A DNA stretch of 64,000 nucleotides. Source: Phoronis australis. Its lineage: Eukaryota; Animalia; Phoronida. The notes below the pieces were generated by a model, which did no database searches, was not told the DNA's origin, and was given only the letters and a program-made list of their open reading frames with translations. Positions 38,229-50,860 of this stretch are shown piece by piece. The stretch covers positions 389,068 to 453,067 of the forward strand of contig NMRA01000173.1 of assembly GCA_002633005.1 (NCBI GenBank), read 5' to 3'. The translations under genes and the position numbers were made by a program. How positions within the stretch are numbered: position 1 is the stretch's first letter; every line of letters begins with the position of its first letter.

Positions 38229-38354
38229 TTACACTCCCCTTAAAGGATTTGCTAATGCTCTTACTCGACTTTTAAACTGCACATGGCCCCTATCGTAGCA
38301 TAAAAGGATAGTAAATACAAAAGAAGTTTGCACACATTTTCTGTTCTGCTTCTG

Positions 38355-38622
38355 TGCGAACTCAACATACGTGTATATTAGACTGAGCTCGAGCACAATG
38401 AGTAACTTCCTAATCCTAGTTTGCACTTGATGACCTCAGCATTAGGACTAAGAGTTCGAGCCTAAACTCTAAATTTCCAGTTTTCACTCGAAATCGAGCT
38501 TTTATTCGAGTTTGTATCACGGATATAGGGGTCATCAAGTGCAAACCTAGACTAGGAACTGGTATGCATAAACCATAATGTAGTCGAGTGCAGACTAATA
38601 ACTCTGGTCTTGAATTCATCCA
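38355..38622. mobile_element. Foldback/palindromic MITE
   Basis: GTTTGCACTTGATGACC is mirrored by GGTCATCAAGTGCAAAC, and TTAGACTGAGCTCGAGCACA by TGTAGTCGAGTGCAGACTAA. Confidence 0.65.
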
Positions 38623-40960
38623 ACAGTACGGGAACAGAAAATGACAAAAAACAGTTTCGATTTCGGGGACAAAGACTGGACCCCGGCCCCTGATGTCAGC
38701 TTTGAGGCATTGGTTTCAAAATGTGTTGGGTGCATACCAAATAGCGTGATGTTTTGGATTGTGATTTAACTAAACTTGAAATACTGGGTACAACAGTGTG
38801 AAAATATAGATGTTGGAAACAACGGAATTGACAATATGCTCTTGCAGAACAAATATCCAGACAGGCTTGAAACAAACGAATGGAAACAAAGGATTAAAAA
38901 AAATATTCTTCTACTCGTTCGACAGTCGTGCGTTTGAGTACAGTTTGTAAAAATCCATATCAGATTGTCAATTATTCAACCTAGCATTATTAAGACACGT
39001 GTCGGTTAAATAGCTCATTAGAAACACAAGTCGCCGCCGTGACAAATTGTAAACTTTACGTCGCTATTTCAAATGTCACACTCAATTAACCCCTTTGTCA
39101 TTGAAAATCACAATACGTCGGTGAGCCTAGATTTTCCAAGCACGCGCATTTTCCGACAGTGGGTGTATTTGTTTTATAAGAGTAACTGGATGCTGTGTAC
39201 ACTTTCTTGTAAATCATGTCAGCTAATGGTGGAACAATTTCTTACAGTCTAGCTATTTCACGGAAATATTTGCAAGATTTCGTACACTGCATATACAAAC
39301 GAATCTGGTTGCTTTGCTGTGATAAACGAACATAGTTCAGTAACCGCTTAACGTAATTTTTAAATTTCTAGTTCTAGGTAAGCTTTCAGGCTAGTTTTGC
39401 CTGTGGCCACTGATGTCAACGAGATTTTATCGAACAATGCGTCCAGTATCTAATACACGCAACCACTCCTCGTGGTTTTACTCACAACAACTACTGTTTT
39501 CATAAAATCATCATTCACGACTGAATATTCAAGTTTCGGAAATGATCACTTCAGAAAACTAAGTCAACAACAGCTGTTTATTGGCGCAAAGTTTATCCGT
39601 GCACAAGTCATTTGCGTTTGTGGACTAAGTTCTAAGTTCCCATTGTGCTCTCGTCTGTAGTTCAGCCTTAGAACAAGTTGATTCCTCTAGATCCCTAACG
39701 TAATAGAGAGTGACTTGCCCACGAAGACTTCTTTATTTTTTAAATAAGACTTTGAAGATGATTCAAGTTTCCAGTCGGTAAGTGACTAATAAGTTATCCC
39801 ACGCTTGTATGACGTCACAGAAGGAACTGTAGGAGCTTTTTGTATCATTTAGTCCAATTTGTCCTTCGTTCACTTCTTGCACGTATCATGTGACCGATGA
39901 AATACAAGACGACTGGTCACAAACCATGTACAAGCATTTAATACTGTTGAGAATGTCAGACCGCTTTGATAGGAGTTTTAACCGACCGAGTTCTTGGTAG
40001 CATTCGCAAATGTTATGGATCAGTGAACATTGCCACGGATCGGCGTGAAATTGATATATAATTGTGGATATCTATAGAAAGTCGACGGATTGTATTATCT
40101 GACAAAATGATTAAGTTGAGCAGAAAAAAATTGACCTTAAAATCAAAATGTCATTTGGTAAATTTGACTGAATATAAGACACGTCGGCCGAAAACAACCA
40201 GGTGCGTGGCACAAAAGAAAGTGATCGCGTGCTTCAAAAATTTGTTAGCAGATTTTAATGATTTGCGGGTAAGCCATGTTTTTTCTTAACAATTTTTTTA
40301 TTCAGATTATGACATAAATACTTACAAAAATGGATCCAGTCTGCACATTAGATGTCAAATTTGCACACGTCTACGCTTGATTGACACTCTCCCAGATGGA
40401 TCAATTATCCGCAACGTTCTTACAACGGCTACGAAAAATGAATCGCGAAGTACCATACCTACATAATGCGTTATACACCAGAAGGGGAAGGGGTCAAACT
40501 CTGTGGTATCTACGGTACCTACAATGAACCAACAGATATTTTGTGGGCGGAATGATTAGCTATTAATAAATCATTTGTACTGGCAATATTAGAAGCGCGA
40601 ACTAGCCTACGTTGAAAAAGTCACCTAAGTATGACGCGATTAAAATAGGCGTGTCCATTCTGCATTTAATCGCCAGTGAACGTGAACAGCTACAGGGCAA
40701 AATGCAACAGAAAAGTATTAACGTCTTTCAAAAAGATTTCGCAGCACATTTGACATCGCCGAAGTGAACGCACTTAACAATTTTAACGACAATGGCGTCC
40801 TTAACTGAAGTATTAAAATCGACAATTTCTCAACAGGCGCCTCTTGTTAATGAAGTCAAATTTGATCGGTAGCCATTTTTTGATTTGGAGGTCGAAGTAG
40901 CTGAATGAACTATTTTCTGCGCAAGTGGTGACATCATTGGTTACGTCACTGCATGAAGAA

Positions 40961-41149
40961 GCACGCGATGCAAGTTGTTCACTTTACCGTACAAAAGGAC
41001 TGAGACATATTTCCAGCAGTGACAAGCTAAGCACGATATATTCTTTACCGTAGACAGGGACATATTTGAAGCAGTGACAAGCTAAGCACGATGTATTCTT
41101 TACCGTACACTGGGACATATTTGAAGCAGTGACAAGCTAAGCACGATGC
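40961..41149. repeat. ~55-bp tandem repeat x3 (…TTTACCGTA…GACATATTT…GCAGTGACAAGCTAAGCACGAT)
   Basis: Directly visible. Confidence 0.85.
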
Positions 41150-42829
41150 AGCTGCTTTAGTCATTAGCGATGAATACTTGGCGCGAGGTGACATCATGGC
41201 ATTGATGTGGATGAACACAATGCCCCGGATTACTCTTTGTTTTCCATCTACCAGTGAACTGCATCACTTCAAACGTCAGAAGTCAATTCGAGCTAGTGAG
41301 GCTTATAACCCTGCAAAAATTTCACTATTTCTTCCGCACACAAGGAGTATTTTTAGACAATACGAGAAACGTAGAAAGAAGTTATCTAACAATCAATGTT
41401 AAATCGTTTTTAACGAAACCTGCATCAGGGAGGCACTACTGCCGAAATCTGCACCAGAGGGCAGAGTACTGACGAATTACACTAGGTTTTCTGTTGTCAC
41501 TCTGTAAACTTTAAATGGATTAACTTTGCTTTGGTTTCATTTTTTGAGATACAGAGTCTAGGCCCAGTCAGCAGATAATAAATGATTTCTATTGACGGAT
41601 AACATTTTGTTTGCACGTTGTATTTTATTAACAGTTTCGGAGCCTATATCATACAGTGGGTCGTATTTTGTACTTATATGATATCATTTGTAATTTAATT
41701 GGATCTATAACCCTTGAATATTTAACACAACGGTCATTTTTTGGAAAAACTGTTATGAGAAGGGCATTATAGTATACGTTTTAGATGACGTTGGTTTTAA
41801 GGCAGTTTGTTTAATACACCCTTAAAGTTGTGTATACGTCTGATATTGCTGCACACACAATCGTTTCAGGAGAAGTGGTTTACATCGCTCAAAAATTAAA
41901 CCGCCATTTGTTTATGGAAGTAGTTTGGTAGTTTCAGAAGTTGGCATCGCCCCCTTGTGGATGCATCTGTTTTTCTCTTTATCAGCATTCGCATGGTATA
42001 ACTCCATCTACTTTTGAAAAATACCATTGTTTGAATCCAGTTTCAGTTTGAAATTCGATGCATACAGCAGTTATTTTAATGGGTGACGCATGAAATTGCA
42101 AAAGAACATTATGGCGATCATATTGCATAAGTACTCGTTTGTTTTGAGCTGAAAAATAAAAGGAAAATACTAATCATCGCTCAGGAAATTAATGGAGCAC
42201 TAATCTTCTTTCAACTCTGGGGATTATATCAGAGACGGCCACCAGGTCAACATGTAAAAATAAAAAAACGCCTGTTTCCCTCATTGGGTTTTGTAATATT
42301 GATATAACGTTTCCCATGACTGGAATGATGAATTTCTTTTATTGATTTTTTTTTAGCTAAGTAAATAATTCATTTGGAACTATAAAAATGTTTGAGTTCA
42401 AGTCCTCGATCAGGTTTCCTTTCATTAATTTTTGGAAAAGAGTTTACAGCCAATATACCGATCCACTAACATGAAACTTTGGGCAGCAAAAACAGGATTT
42501 CTATAGATTACCCATTTTTCTGAAAAATATTTCATCTACATAGATTTCGAACAAGTAAATTTTACTGGTGCTGTCCACTACGATCATGGTGCATGCCAAA
42601 GACGCAGGAACTTGGCGAAAAGATGCAATTACGCACGACCACACAAAATCACGCGAGCCATCAAGGGCTACTGTTAGCATTCTCAGGGGCTTCCCCCAGA
42701 GAAATGGCTAACAATTTTGATCGATGCAATGCTCAACAATATCCAAGTGACACCAAAGTGTTCAGTAACTTTGTAACCTCGCCGCCCTCCTGCTCGCCTA
42801 CGGACACTGACGGATATTGCATCGAATGA

Positions 42830-43274
42830 GCGTGGCCAATGAAGTGATTGATTGGTGAGGTTGGGATGTTGAATTACGAGATAAAATTCACTATTTCCGT
42901 TCCATAAGTGAAGATTTCTTAACGCAAGTACGGCGAAGAGGTCTTAGGTGGGAGAAACCTCTCTGCCCTCACTTGGCTGACTCAATATATTTTCAGACCT
43001 TATCAATAGAGGTCGCTAAAATAGAGTAAGAAATAAACGTGTATTTAAGTCTTTTTTGTGATAAAATATTAGTTTCATCAGTCTAAACTGGAGACCCGCT
43101 TTTACAATTTCTTATGTATACGAAAAAAGTCGTTGTTTAAGTCAATCCATTTATACTGTTGATGATTTGTTCGTTCTCCCATTTGCCTGCCACACTGACA
43201 ATCCGTTTACGCATGCGTGTATACTCGTTCTGGCGGTGAAATTTGGTTATTTTTCAGGGAAATTATGTCTCACG
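42830..43274 (+). promoter_or_regulatory. Candidate internal promoter with a short first exon ending ATG TCT CAC G|gtaagt
   Basis: CCAAT/ATTGG pair near 42836-42854, NRF1-like TACGCATGCGT near 43208, and a consensus donor at 43275. Confidence 0.35.
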
Positions 43275-43906
43275 GTAAGTTCAATTTTTGTGTCATAATA
43301 TTTAAATGCTTATTTTAGACGTGTTTTTCCATAAAGCATAATTATTCTTCTTAATCTGTACTTGTTCACCATAGTAAATACATATGCAATTTGACCACTC
43401 CGTGTTCGTCTGTTTTTGACGTTGAGTCAGTGTTGTCTGTTGACTGTCTCTGTTAGTTTTGCCTATCATCAGTCGCCTGGTATTATCGTTCAGATATCGA
43501 TGGCACATTTATTTCGTAGTATTGTTTTAAGTTGATAACATTTATGCACCACTGTCAATCATGGCAATGTCACATTGATTGTATGTGTACATTACAAGCA
43601 AAGAACTAGATTTTTATTTTAAAAAAGTGAACTCTTCTCAACTACTCAACTGGGATGGGCAGTTCATGTTCGAGATTACAACAATATCATGTTTAACTTT
43701 CGGACTCATTACTATTAAGTGAGCAATTCTCATAATCTAAGGCTGTTGCAGTGCATCTGACTGTTAGATTAATGACCACAAGTGAGGTAACCTTGAAATA
43801 CTACATTGCCAGTTGCAATTTTATCCTTGATAAAAATCATTAAATATCAACCTACTAGGTTTTAATGTCATTTTGTTTTTATGTCCATTAGTAATTGTTT
43901 ATCAAC

Positions 43907-44008
43907 AACATGTGCATTTTAGGTACTAATGCTAATTGTCAACATGTGCATTTTAGGTACTAATGCTAATTGTCAACATGTGCATTTTAGGTACTAATGC
44001 TAATTGTT
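43907..44008. repeat. 34-bp tandem repeat CAACATGTGCATTTTAGGTACTAATGCTAATTGT x3
   Basis: Directly visible. Confidence 0.9.
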
Positions 44009-47000
44009 AAAACTATCTGCTTTTGGCAATAACAAGATTTGTTGTCTGTAACTGTTTCATGAAAGGAAAAGATTTCTATACGTGTGTCGAGAAGACTTCA
44101 TGATATGTTCCTGAACACAACCAATTGTTTTTTTATTTTATCGTATTCCTGTTTTAGTGACTTGAGAATATTGTCATGGCAACTGGTGAGTTGACATACA
44201 AGCGTCTTACCAAGTTGAAATGATATTAATAACAAAATTCAAAACTTTATTTTTGAAGGTTTTTCCTTACTGATGATTTTTTGATGCAAAATGAGTCAAA
44301 CTAGGCATAATGTATTAGGCATTACCGGTAGTCATACATAAATAAGAATTATTAGCAAGTGCAAATGCATTTTTGCATATCACGAGTCTCTATTATAACC
44401 AGTGGTTCACATTGTGAGGATTATCACCTGAAACTTTCTTTGGTTGTAAAACAATCACCAGCCGAGCCCAATCCTTAGTTGGGGAACAAAATTTTACTTC
44501 TCATTTCCTAGAAAGAAATTTTAATCTGAGGAAAATCAGAATATGATTTTACTTGTTGACTTGCCGAAATATTGTATTTGCTGTCTATTACTAAAATGTA
44601 TACATGCCAGGGCCCTATCATTTTGTGCTCTTTCAAATTGTCACCTGTGTGAGTTACAAGTGATTCGAGCCTCCAGGGGTTATTTCAATCATTTGAGTAG
44701 AATTTTTGGGCCTCGTGAAGGGAATATTTTTCAGAGGGGAATGGGGCCGATATTTAGTCCCAAAATCGAGAGATTGAGGGCCTTGTATGAGTTTGGATAA
44801 AGAAATCTAATGTAATGAATTTTGTTTTTGCTTTCTCTAGTGACAATTTCCAAGTTGTTCGTTGTTTTTTTGGTTCCTGAGCTTGGGAGACAACTAAACT
44901 GACTAAAGCTGACTCACTTGAAATACACTTTTAACAGAGATATTTCGAAAATTATTGAAGATGGAACCAATTAAAATGCTGAAATGTTAAAATTAAAGTT
45001 CACGTTCTGTTCAGTGTATTGCTCTTACTTTTTGTAGTTGGTGTATGAGATGTCAGTGACTATGATAAAATTTGTACGAGTGCTCCCTTTGGCTAAAAAA
45101 AGACAATTTCATCGTTCATTATTGTCAAACAAAGGCCCCTTGACCAACGGTCAAAATATAGCCAAGAATCACTCTGTGTATAAAGAGGAACTGTAAGCCA
45201 AGCCTCATTTCTTTGAACTTCCAACGCTAATTTTCAGTTCTTTAATGTCTTGAATTTTTGTCAAATTTAGCTCATTTATTCTTGCCTAGAGCGATCACAG
45301 TAGTGCATTTATGGGTCTTGGCAGAGCGCTTAGTGGACAGGCCCTTCTGTTGTTGGTTTCAACTGGTTTAAATTATTCATTTATCACAGCTGCTTTAGCT
45401 TATATCTTATTGAAACACTTAATCAAATTTTCCTTTGTTCAGAATAAGTCATTGGTTTAACCAGCCTTATCAGACTGTTGTAAATTTAATGTCAATTCAG
45501 CCCTGATATTAAATGTTGTTAGTTATTTTTTGTCATTTGAGGGTCTTAATTTTCATTCTTTGGTTCTTCTGCACCAAAATTTAACTTGATGTCACTGACT
45601 TGGATGCATTATTGGTGTTGATCTGAGTTGGGAAATGAACTGTTTAGATGTGAATTACAAAAATTAAATGATGTTTGTTTCTGTTACCTTGAGACCCTTT
45701 CATATTAGCGTCGATGTGTCGGTATTTTTGAGAGTTGCGGTCAGTGTGAACGATTAACTTCTGTTCTGGATCAAAGTTAATAGCGTCAGTTAACTTGGCA
45801 ATAAACAGGTGGATTTAACAGCGGAGTGTCGACGCTGCGGTACGGTATGAACGGTCAAGTTCGGTTCCACTGAAGTTATCGTCAGGGGCCACTGTTGTTG
45901 TCAGCAACTGAAGGGTAGTGTCGTCGCTAATAGTTGCTTATATTTTGCTTGAATAATCACCAATCGAATTAGAAATAAGTTTTATGTCAATTAGCAGATG
46001 TGAATGTTCTGAAATTGTCACATTAAAAAAATCTTAGCGTGCATGCAATGCATCTGCGCTACCTTGTGATTACTTGGATGACAACAGCGCCACCTACAGT
46101 TTATTTTGATATCCATTAACTACCAAAGCCAGTATTACTGGTAGTTAATGGACGTCAAGTTCAATTTAAAGGGATGTGAACACAATAAAAATGAGGTCCA
46201 CCATTCATGCGTATTGTAACTCCTGTAATCATCAAATTCTTTTTGAATATTGTGACTTGTGATAAAGCCAATCGCTTTGGCGGCCACTGGAAACATTCAG
46301 TCTCTGTGACGGTAATAAATTTCAATAAAATTTGGAAGGATAATTTGGACGGATAATTTGGATGGATAACATCAACAAGACTTTTTGGCTGTTGCTTTAT
46401 TCTCTAATTTGAATTGTGCTTAAAATTTCAAAAATAGTCTCAAGAAAAAGTGAAAAAGTTCAGGCGTCCAAAAATTAGACCTGTGTATTCCATTGGAAGT
46501 CAAATTTGCTAGTGCTCTTCTGTTGTTTTCATAGTCATCAGACTGAGTCAAATTTCCCAGGAGAAGAATGAGGGGAATTTAACTTGATTAGCCAACAGTC
46601 TTCTCTAAATGATGTTATTCTAGGGATCACACGGTGATGGTCCCAGTTGTATTATCTTGTTTATTCACTAGTCTTAACATGCGCAGGGTTCACTCAGTGG
46701 GATATTATTTCATGTGTCACAACCATATTTCTGACTTGTTCTTTTTAAGTGGTCTCTTCAGTTATTGCTATAGACATCTAAATGTTAGACACATTTTCAT
46801 TCTTTCTGTCTGATGCAGCAGTGAATCACCTTGTGGTATATCTCGCACTGCTTTCTATGTTATTTGTCGTTATGATTGAACTTTGTATAAAACTGAGTAA
46901 CAGACCTGTTTCTATTCTTTAGGTACGTTCACCTCACTCTTTGTATGGTATACTGGTGTTGACCCAAATGTTAACAAACTGATGTATAGCAGTCCTTGGC

Positions 47001-47623
47001 CTGCCTGTCCTCTTTCATCTCATTTTGCAACCAGTTGTTGACACAAGGTTTCATGCATGCTACCATTCGTACAGTCTTACCTGTTTCGGACAGTAATAAA
47101 TACTGAAATATTTTGTTTGATTTTCAAAAGTTTGAATTTACAATAATATCACTGGCGCCAACCCATAGTAGACATGTAACCTGTCTAAATAACACGCTCC
47201 ACAAGGTTGTTAAACCGTGGAACAATTTTGCCCAAATATTGCCAATTAAAATGAATGAAGCAAAATTTAGTACCAGTTCCTAACCAAAGCGGAAAAGTCA
47301 TTTAATGAAAGCAGTCCTCGGTATATGCAAAAATGTCAACATTTTCCGCACACATGCTGTGCTCTCGACACCATCTTGTCGCTGAGTTATACTGCCGTAA
47401 GTTAATGTCGTGATTTGAGAAAAGATATCAACAATTAACCTAATGACCTAGTTTCTACTTGAATGCCATTGGTTGATTTAGAAACGAGACTGATCTTCGA
47501 GATCTTACTCTGACGGAACCGGAAACGGTCTCCATTTTGCAGGTGGTCTTTTTTGTCGACAAATTTCTTTAGTTTTGGTTTGCTAATTCTTGTGAAGGAA
47601 AGGTGAACAGAACAGGAGGATCA

Positions 47624-47680
47624 TTTTATTATCCAGTTATGTTTTATTATCCAGTTATGTTTTATTATCCAGTTATGTTT
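47624..47680. repeat. 18-bp tandem repeat TTTTATTATCCAGTTATG x3
   Basis: Directly visible. Confidence 0.9.
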
Positions 47681-48244
47681 TTAAAGTGTTGTGAAGGTCC
47701 AACATTCCACATTTCACCAAATTTCTTTGATAAGCACTGCTTTCAAAAACTGCAAGCAAAGCCAGCTCTGCTGAATAGCAGTGGTTTTTGACTGACCCAT
47801 AGGGTTGCTAGTCGAGGTTGTGTGATTTGAGAATGGAACTTTTTCTTAGTAGTTAGCAGACGTGAGAACATACCATTTAAATCACAATATGGAATGCCAG
47901 ATAATCACCTATTTATACACTATTGTGCAAACATAACAGTCTCCCAGTGGAAATGTGGCTCCAAATAAAGTGATCTGTATTTCTTTTAAACATAACATCA
48001 AAATGGTTTCATTTACTTTTAAACATGTTGCTAAATTGGAAACGCTTGAGCACAAACAACCAAATCAGGTGTCGATATGTCAACTTGTCAGATGTGACCA
48101 GGCAGTATTTCTAGGTCGCCAAACAGGAACTGGGGTCTCAGGCCCCCATTGGCAAGAGACAAAATTGAAAAGCTGTCAAAGTGCAGATATCTGTCAATGC
48201 AACTTTGGATTTTTACCTGGTTGTCAAACAAAGTCTAAGGTCGC

Positions 48245-48302
48245 ATTGACGACCTGCAGGTCATATTGACGACCTGCAGGTCATATTGATGACCTGCAGG
48301 TC
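48245..48302. repeat. ~21-bp tandem repeat ATTGACGACCTGCAGGTCAT x3
   Basis: Directly visible; the core GACCTGCAGGTC is palindromic. Confidence 0.85.
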
Positions 48303-50329
48303 CCTAAATTGAGTCTTGAAAATGTAACAAAGTTAGCCTTGATAGGCACTGGACCAAGTCTGAAGTGATGTCTGTTGCAGGTGACTTCACTCATGGAATG
48401 TCGCTTGTACACAGAATGACTCACCTGTAGTATTCAATTACAACAGGTGAAAACATTGAGGTTGGCCAGTGTGGACAAGTGTCACTGAAATAGAACAATA
48501 TCTGAATGAAGCAGTGAACTTGAGTGTAACACTTTGCATAAAGATAACCCACTGGTAAATATATGTATGTGTTTGGACTAAAGGTTTTTTAAGGTCTCAA
48601 TAAAACCATGAAATTTAAAGTATAAAAGATTTTCTGAGTTCAAGAAGTTGTATGAACAATATTTCCGTTTGTGTCTTGAGTATGAGATCATCAAAGTTTG
48701 ACAATTTTATCTTTTAAGTCTAAACATAACATAATATTTTCATTAGTAATCACATTTACATTACATGTTTTGAGGCAGATTGTCTTGTTAGTAAGAGTCT
48801 AACCAGTTTTCACTAAATAACGGCAATGTCTGTTATTCAGTGAAACTGGTTCTCTGAAGCCATTTTGAAGGGACCCGTTTACTCCACTTTTACCACATGC
48901 CCCACTTCAAGTTGTATTTACATGACATTAGATTGCAAACTGGGTCAGCATGAGTCATTTATAGGAAGACTGCGCCTGCATGCATAAGCAATAGTGAACG
49001 TCCAAACCACGTGGAATGCTAACGAATCATTCATATCTACGCTATTACGCAAGTATGACTGAAATTATCCCTTCTTGCATCGTGTTTAAATGTGGAATTG
49101 AAACTGTAGTAGCTGATGGGGTGCAACTTGCTCTACCTTTCAAGCCAGTGTCAAAAATGTCTGTCTCCATGACAACTGACTCCCATGCAAATGCAACTAT
49201 TATCCTTGCATAAAGATAACTACACCATTGCCATGCCTGTGTTTCCTGTCTCTTGCTGCGGCACAAAGTCTCATTTTAAATTATACATTACAGCTAACTG
49301 CTCATTTGAGAATAACTCTATTTTACGCTTTTTGCTTTTTGTAGTTGTGTTTATCAGAATACCTGTGAAAGACATTAACGTTAGAACATGTTTAAGTCGT
49401 ACAACTTTGGTAAGGTCTTAACAGTAGAAAAGGTGGAAAATGAGATAAAATGAGATCTTGTGAAATCAGTTTGCAAATTTGCGGTCATTACAGTTAGCTT
49501 GCTTTTGACTTTGTATTTTGTTCACAATTAGAATTATAGTTGTGAGAATGAGACGAAGTTATTGTTTTGACAACAATGTCCTGAGTTTCTCTTTCATATC
49601 CATATCTCATCAACTTCATGTTTACATTCTTGTCATTTCATACTGTTCTTTTTAGCCCCTGGTAATAGTTTAAGCTGCATTTTGCCCTGTTTAGAGGGCT
49701 AAAAATAAATAAAAATCAATATGGAGTCAGACCTTTTACTCTCATAAAGTTCGTTTCATTCCTTACCATGATAGGATACTTAGATTCCTGTTGCCAACTC
49801 ATTCCTTACCATGATAGGATACTATTCCTGTTGCCAACTCGAGTCACTGGCAAAGCATACATGCGTCATTTTCTAATTTGCAACTTTAGGGTTGGCCAAT
49901 CCCAGTAACACGGGTGAGAAACAACATGACCATTGGACTCGAAACATGACCGCCGGTCCTCCAAACTGGACCAAGTCACCACAAAACAGGACCTACGAGG
50001 TTTAAATAGGGCTGCCGCACCAGAAAATGGGACTGACGCACCTAAAAACATGACCGCCCCACCGTAAAACAGGACTGTCGGAGACTGAACGTGACCACCG
50101 GGATTGAAACTTAACCGCCCCACCACTCAATTATGGTGATATATAAATGATTTAAAGAAAGTCAACATTTAAAATTAATAAGCTAAATAATTATAGTTTT
50201 ACCCACTGCATTAGATTTAGTACAAAATAAAACTTATTTTTTCCAATTTGACGTTTTAGTCAAGTCAAAAAAGCGTTCGAAGATAACTGGTTCTCGGGTA
50301 AAGTATCATCATAACTAGCTTTGATGTGC

Positions 50330-50860
50330 CAAGCTGGAAATACTAAATGTACTGCTTTGGGCCGATGTGGCTGAAAAAGTGGCCAAAAAAATCTCATTAA
50401 AAACAACACTGTTCCTTGAGTAAACTAAATTGTTAATCGGTGTTGGAAAAATTGGGATTATGGTGTTATTCTGTTGCTAGAATTGTGCTGCTTTCCTTTA
50501 TGTTGGCTTTTGCTGCTATGAAATATTGCGTCACTATTGGCCAGTTTCTTTTTTCCCCAATTCTTCAATCAACTGTTCTCTTCCACGAGGTTGCGTACAT
50601 TCACAACAAATTACCGGAACTGGTTTCATTTTGTTACAAGTTGTTATTATTTTGATACCAGCCAACCAAATTTCAGAACAAATTTTGCTGCTGCAACGGG
50701 CAAAGTGAGTGTCTGCCGGTTGTTAGCTTTACATCGTTTCATGACCAGGTGACGAGCAGAACTACCCGGGCTGTGTGAAATTTTGGGGTCTTACAGAGCT
50801 CAACGCGTACCTAACGGTATTTTGACAATAGCTGTCATACAACTAGCTTGCTGGCTATGT
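50330..50860 (+). repeat. Interspersed repeat family B, copy 3
   Basis: Homologous to 22780-23470 and 25995-26540. It is flanked by AAACATGACCGCC-type short units at ~49917-50125 and an inverted unit at ~50940-50980. Confidence 0.75.

Noticed and set aside
40306-40466. Acceptor ttattcag| with a phase-1-compatible frame DYDINTYKNGSSLHIRCQIC...
   Set aside because: It stops after ~50 codons, with no good donor and no recognisable domain; cannot be supported.
45382-45403. miR-2-like seed TATCACAGC (also let-7-like TGAGGTAGT at 63882)
   Set aside because: Only the seed region matches and no complementary hairpin arm is nearby.
48380-48430. Acceptor ttgcag| as the next exon of the plus-strand gene
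   Set aside because: A phase-1 join gives GDFTHGMSLVHRMTHL* and stops after 16 codons.
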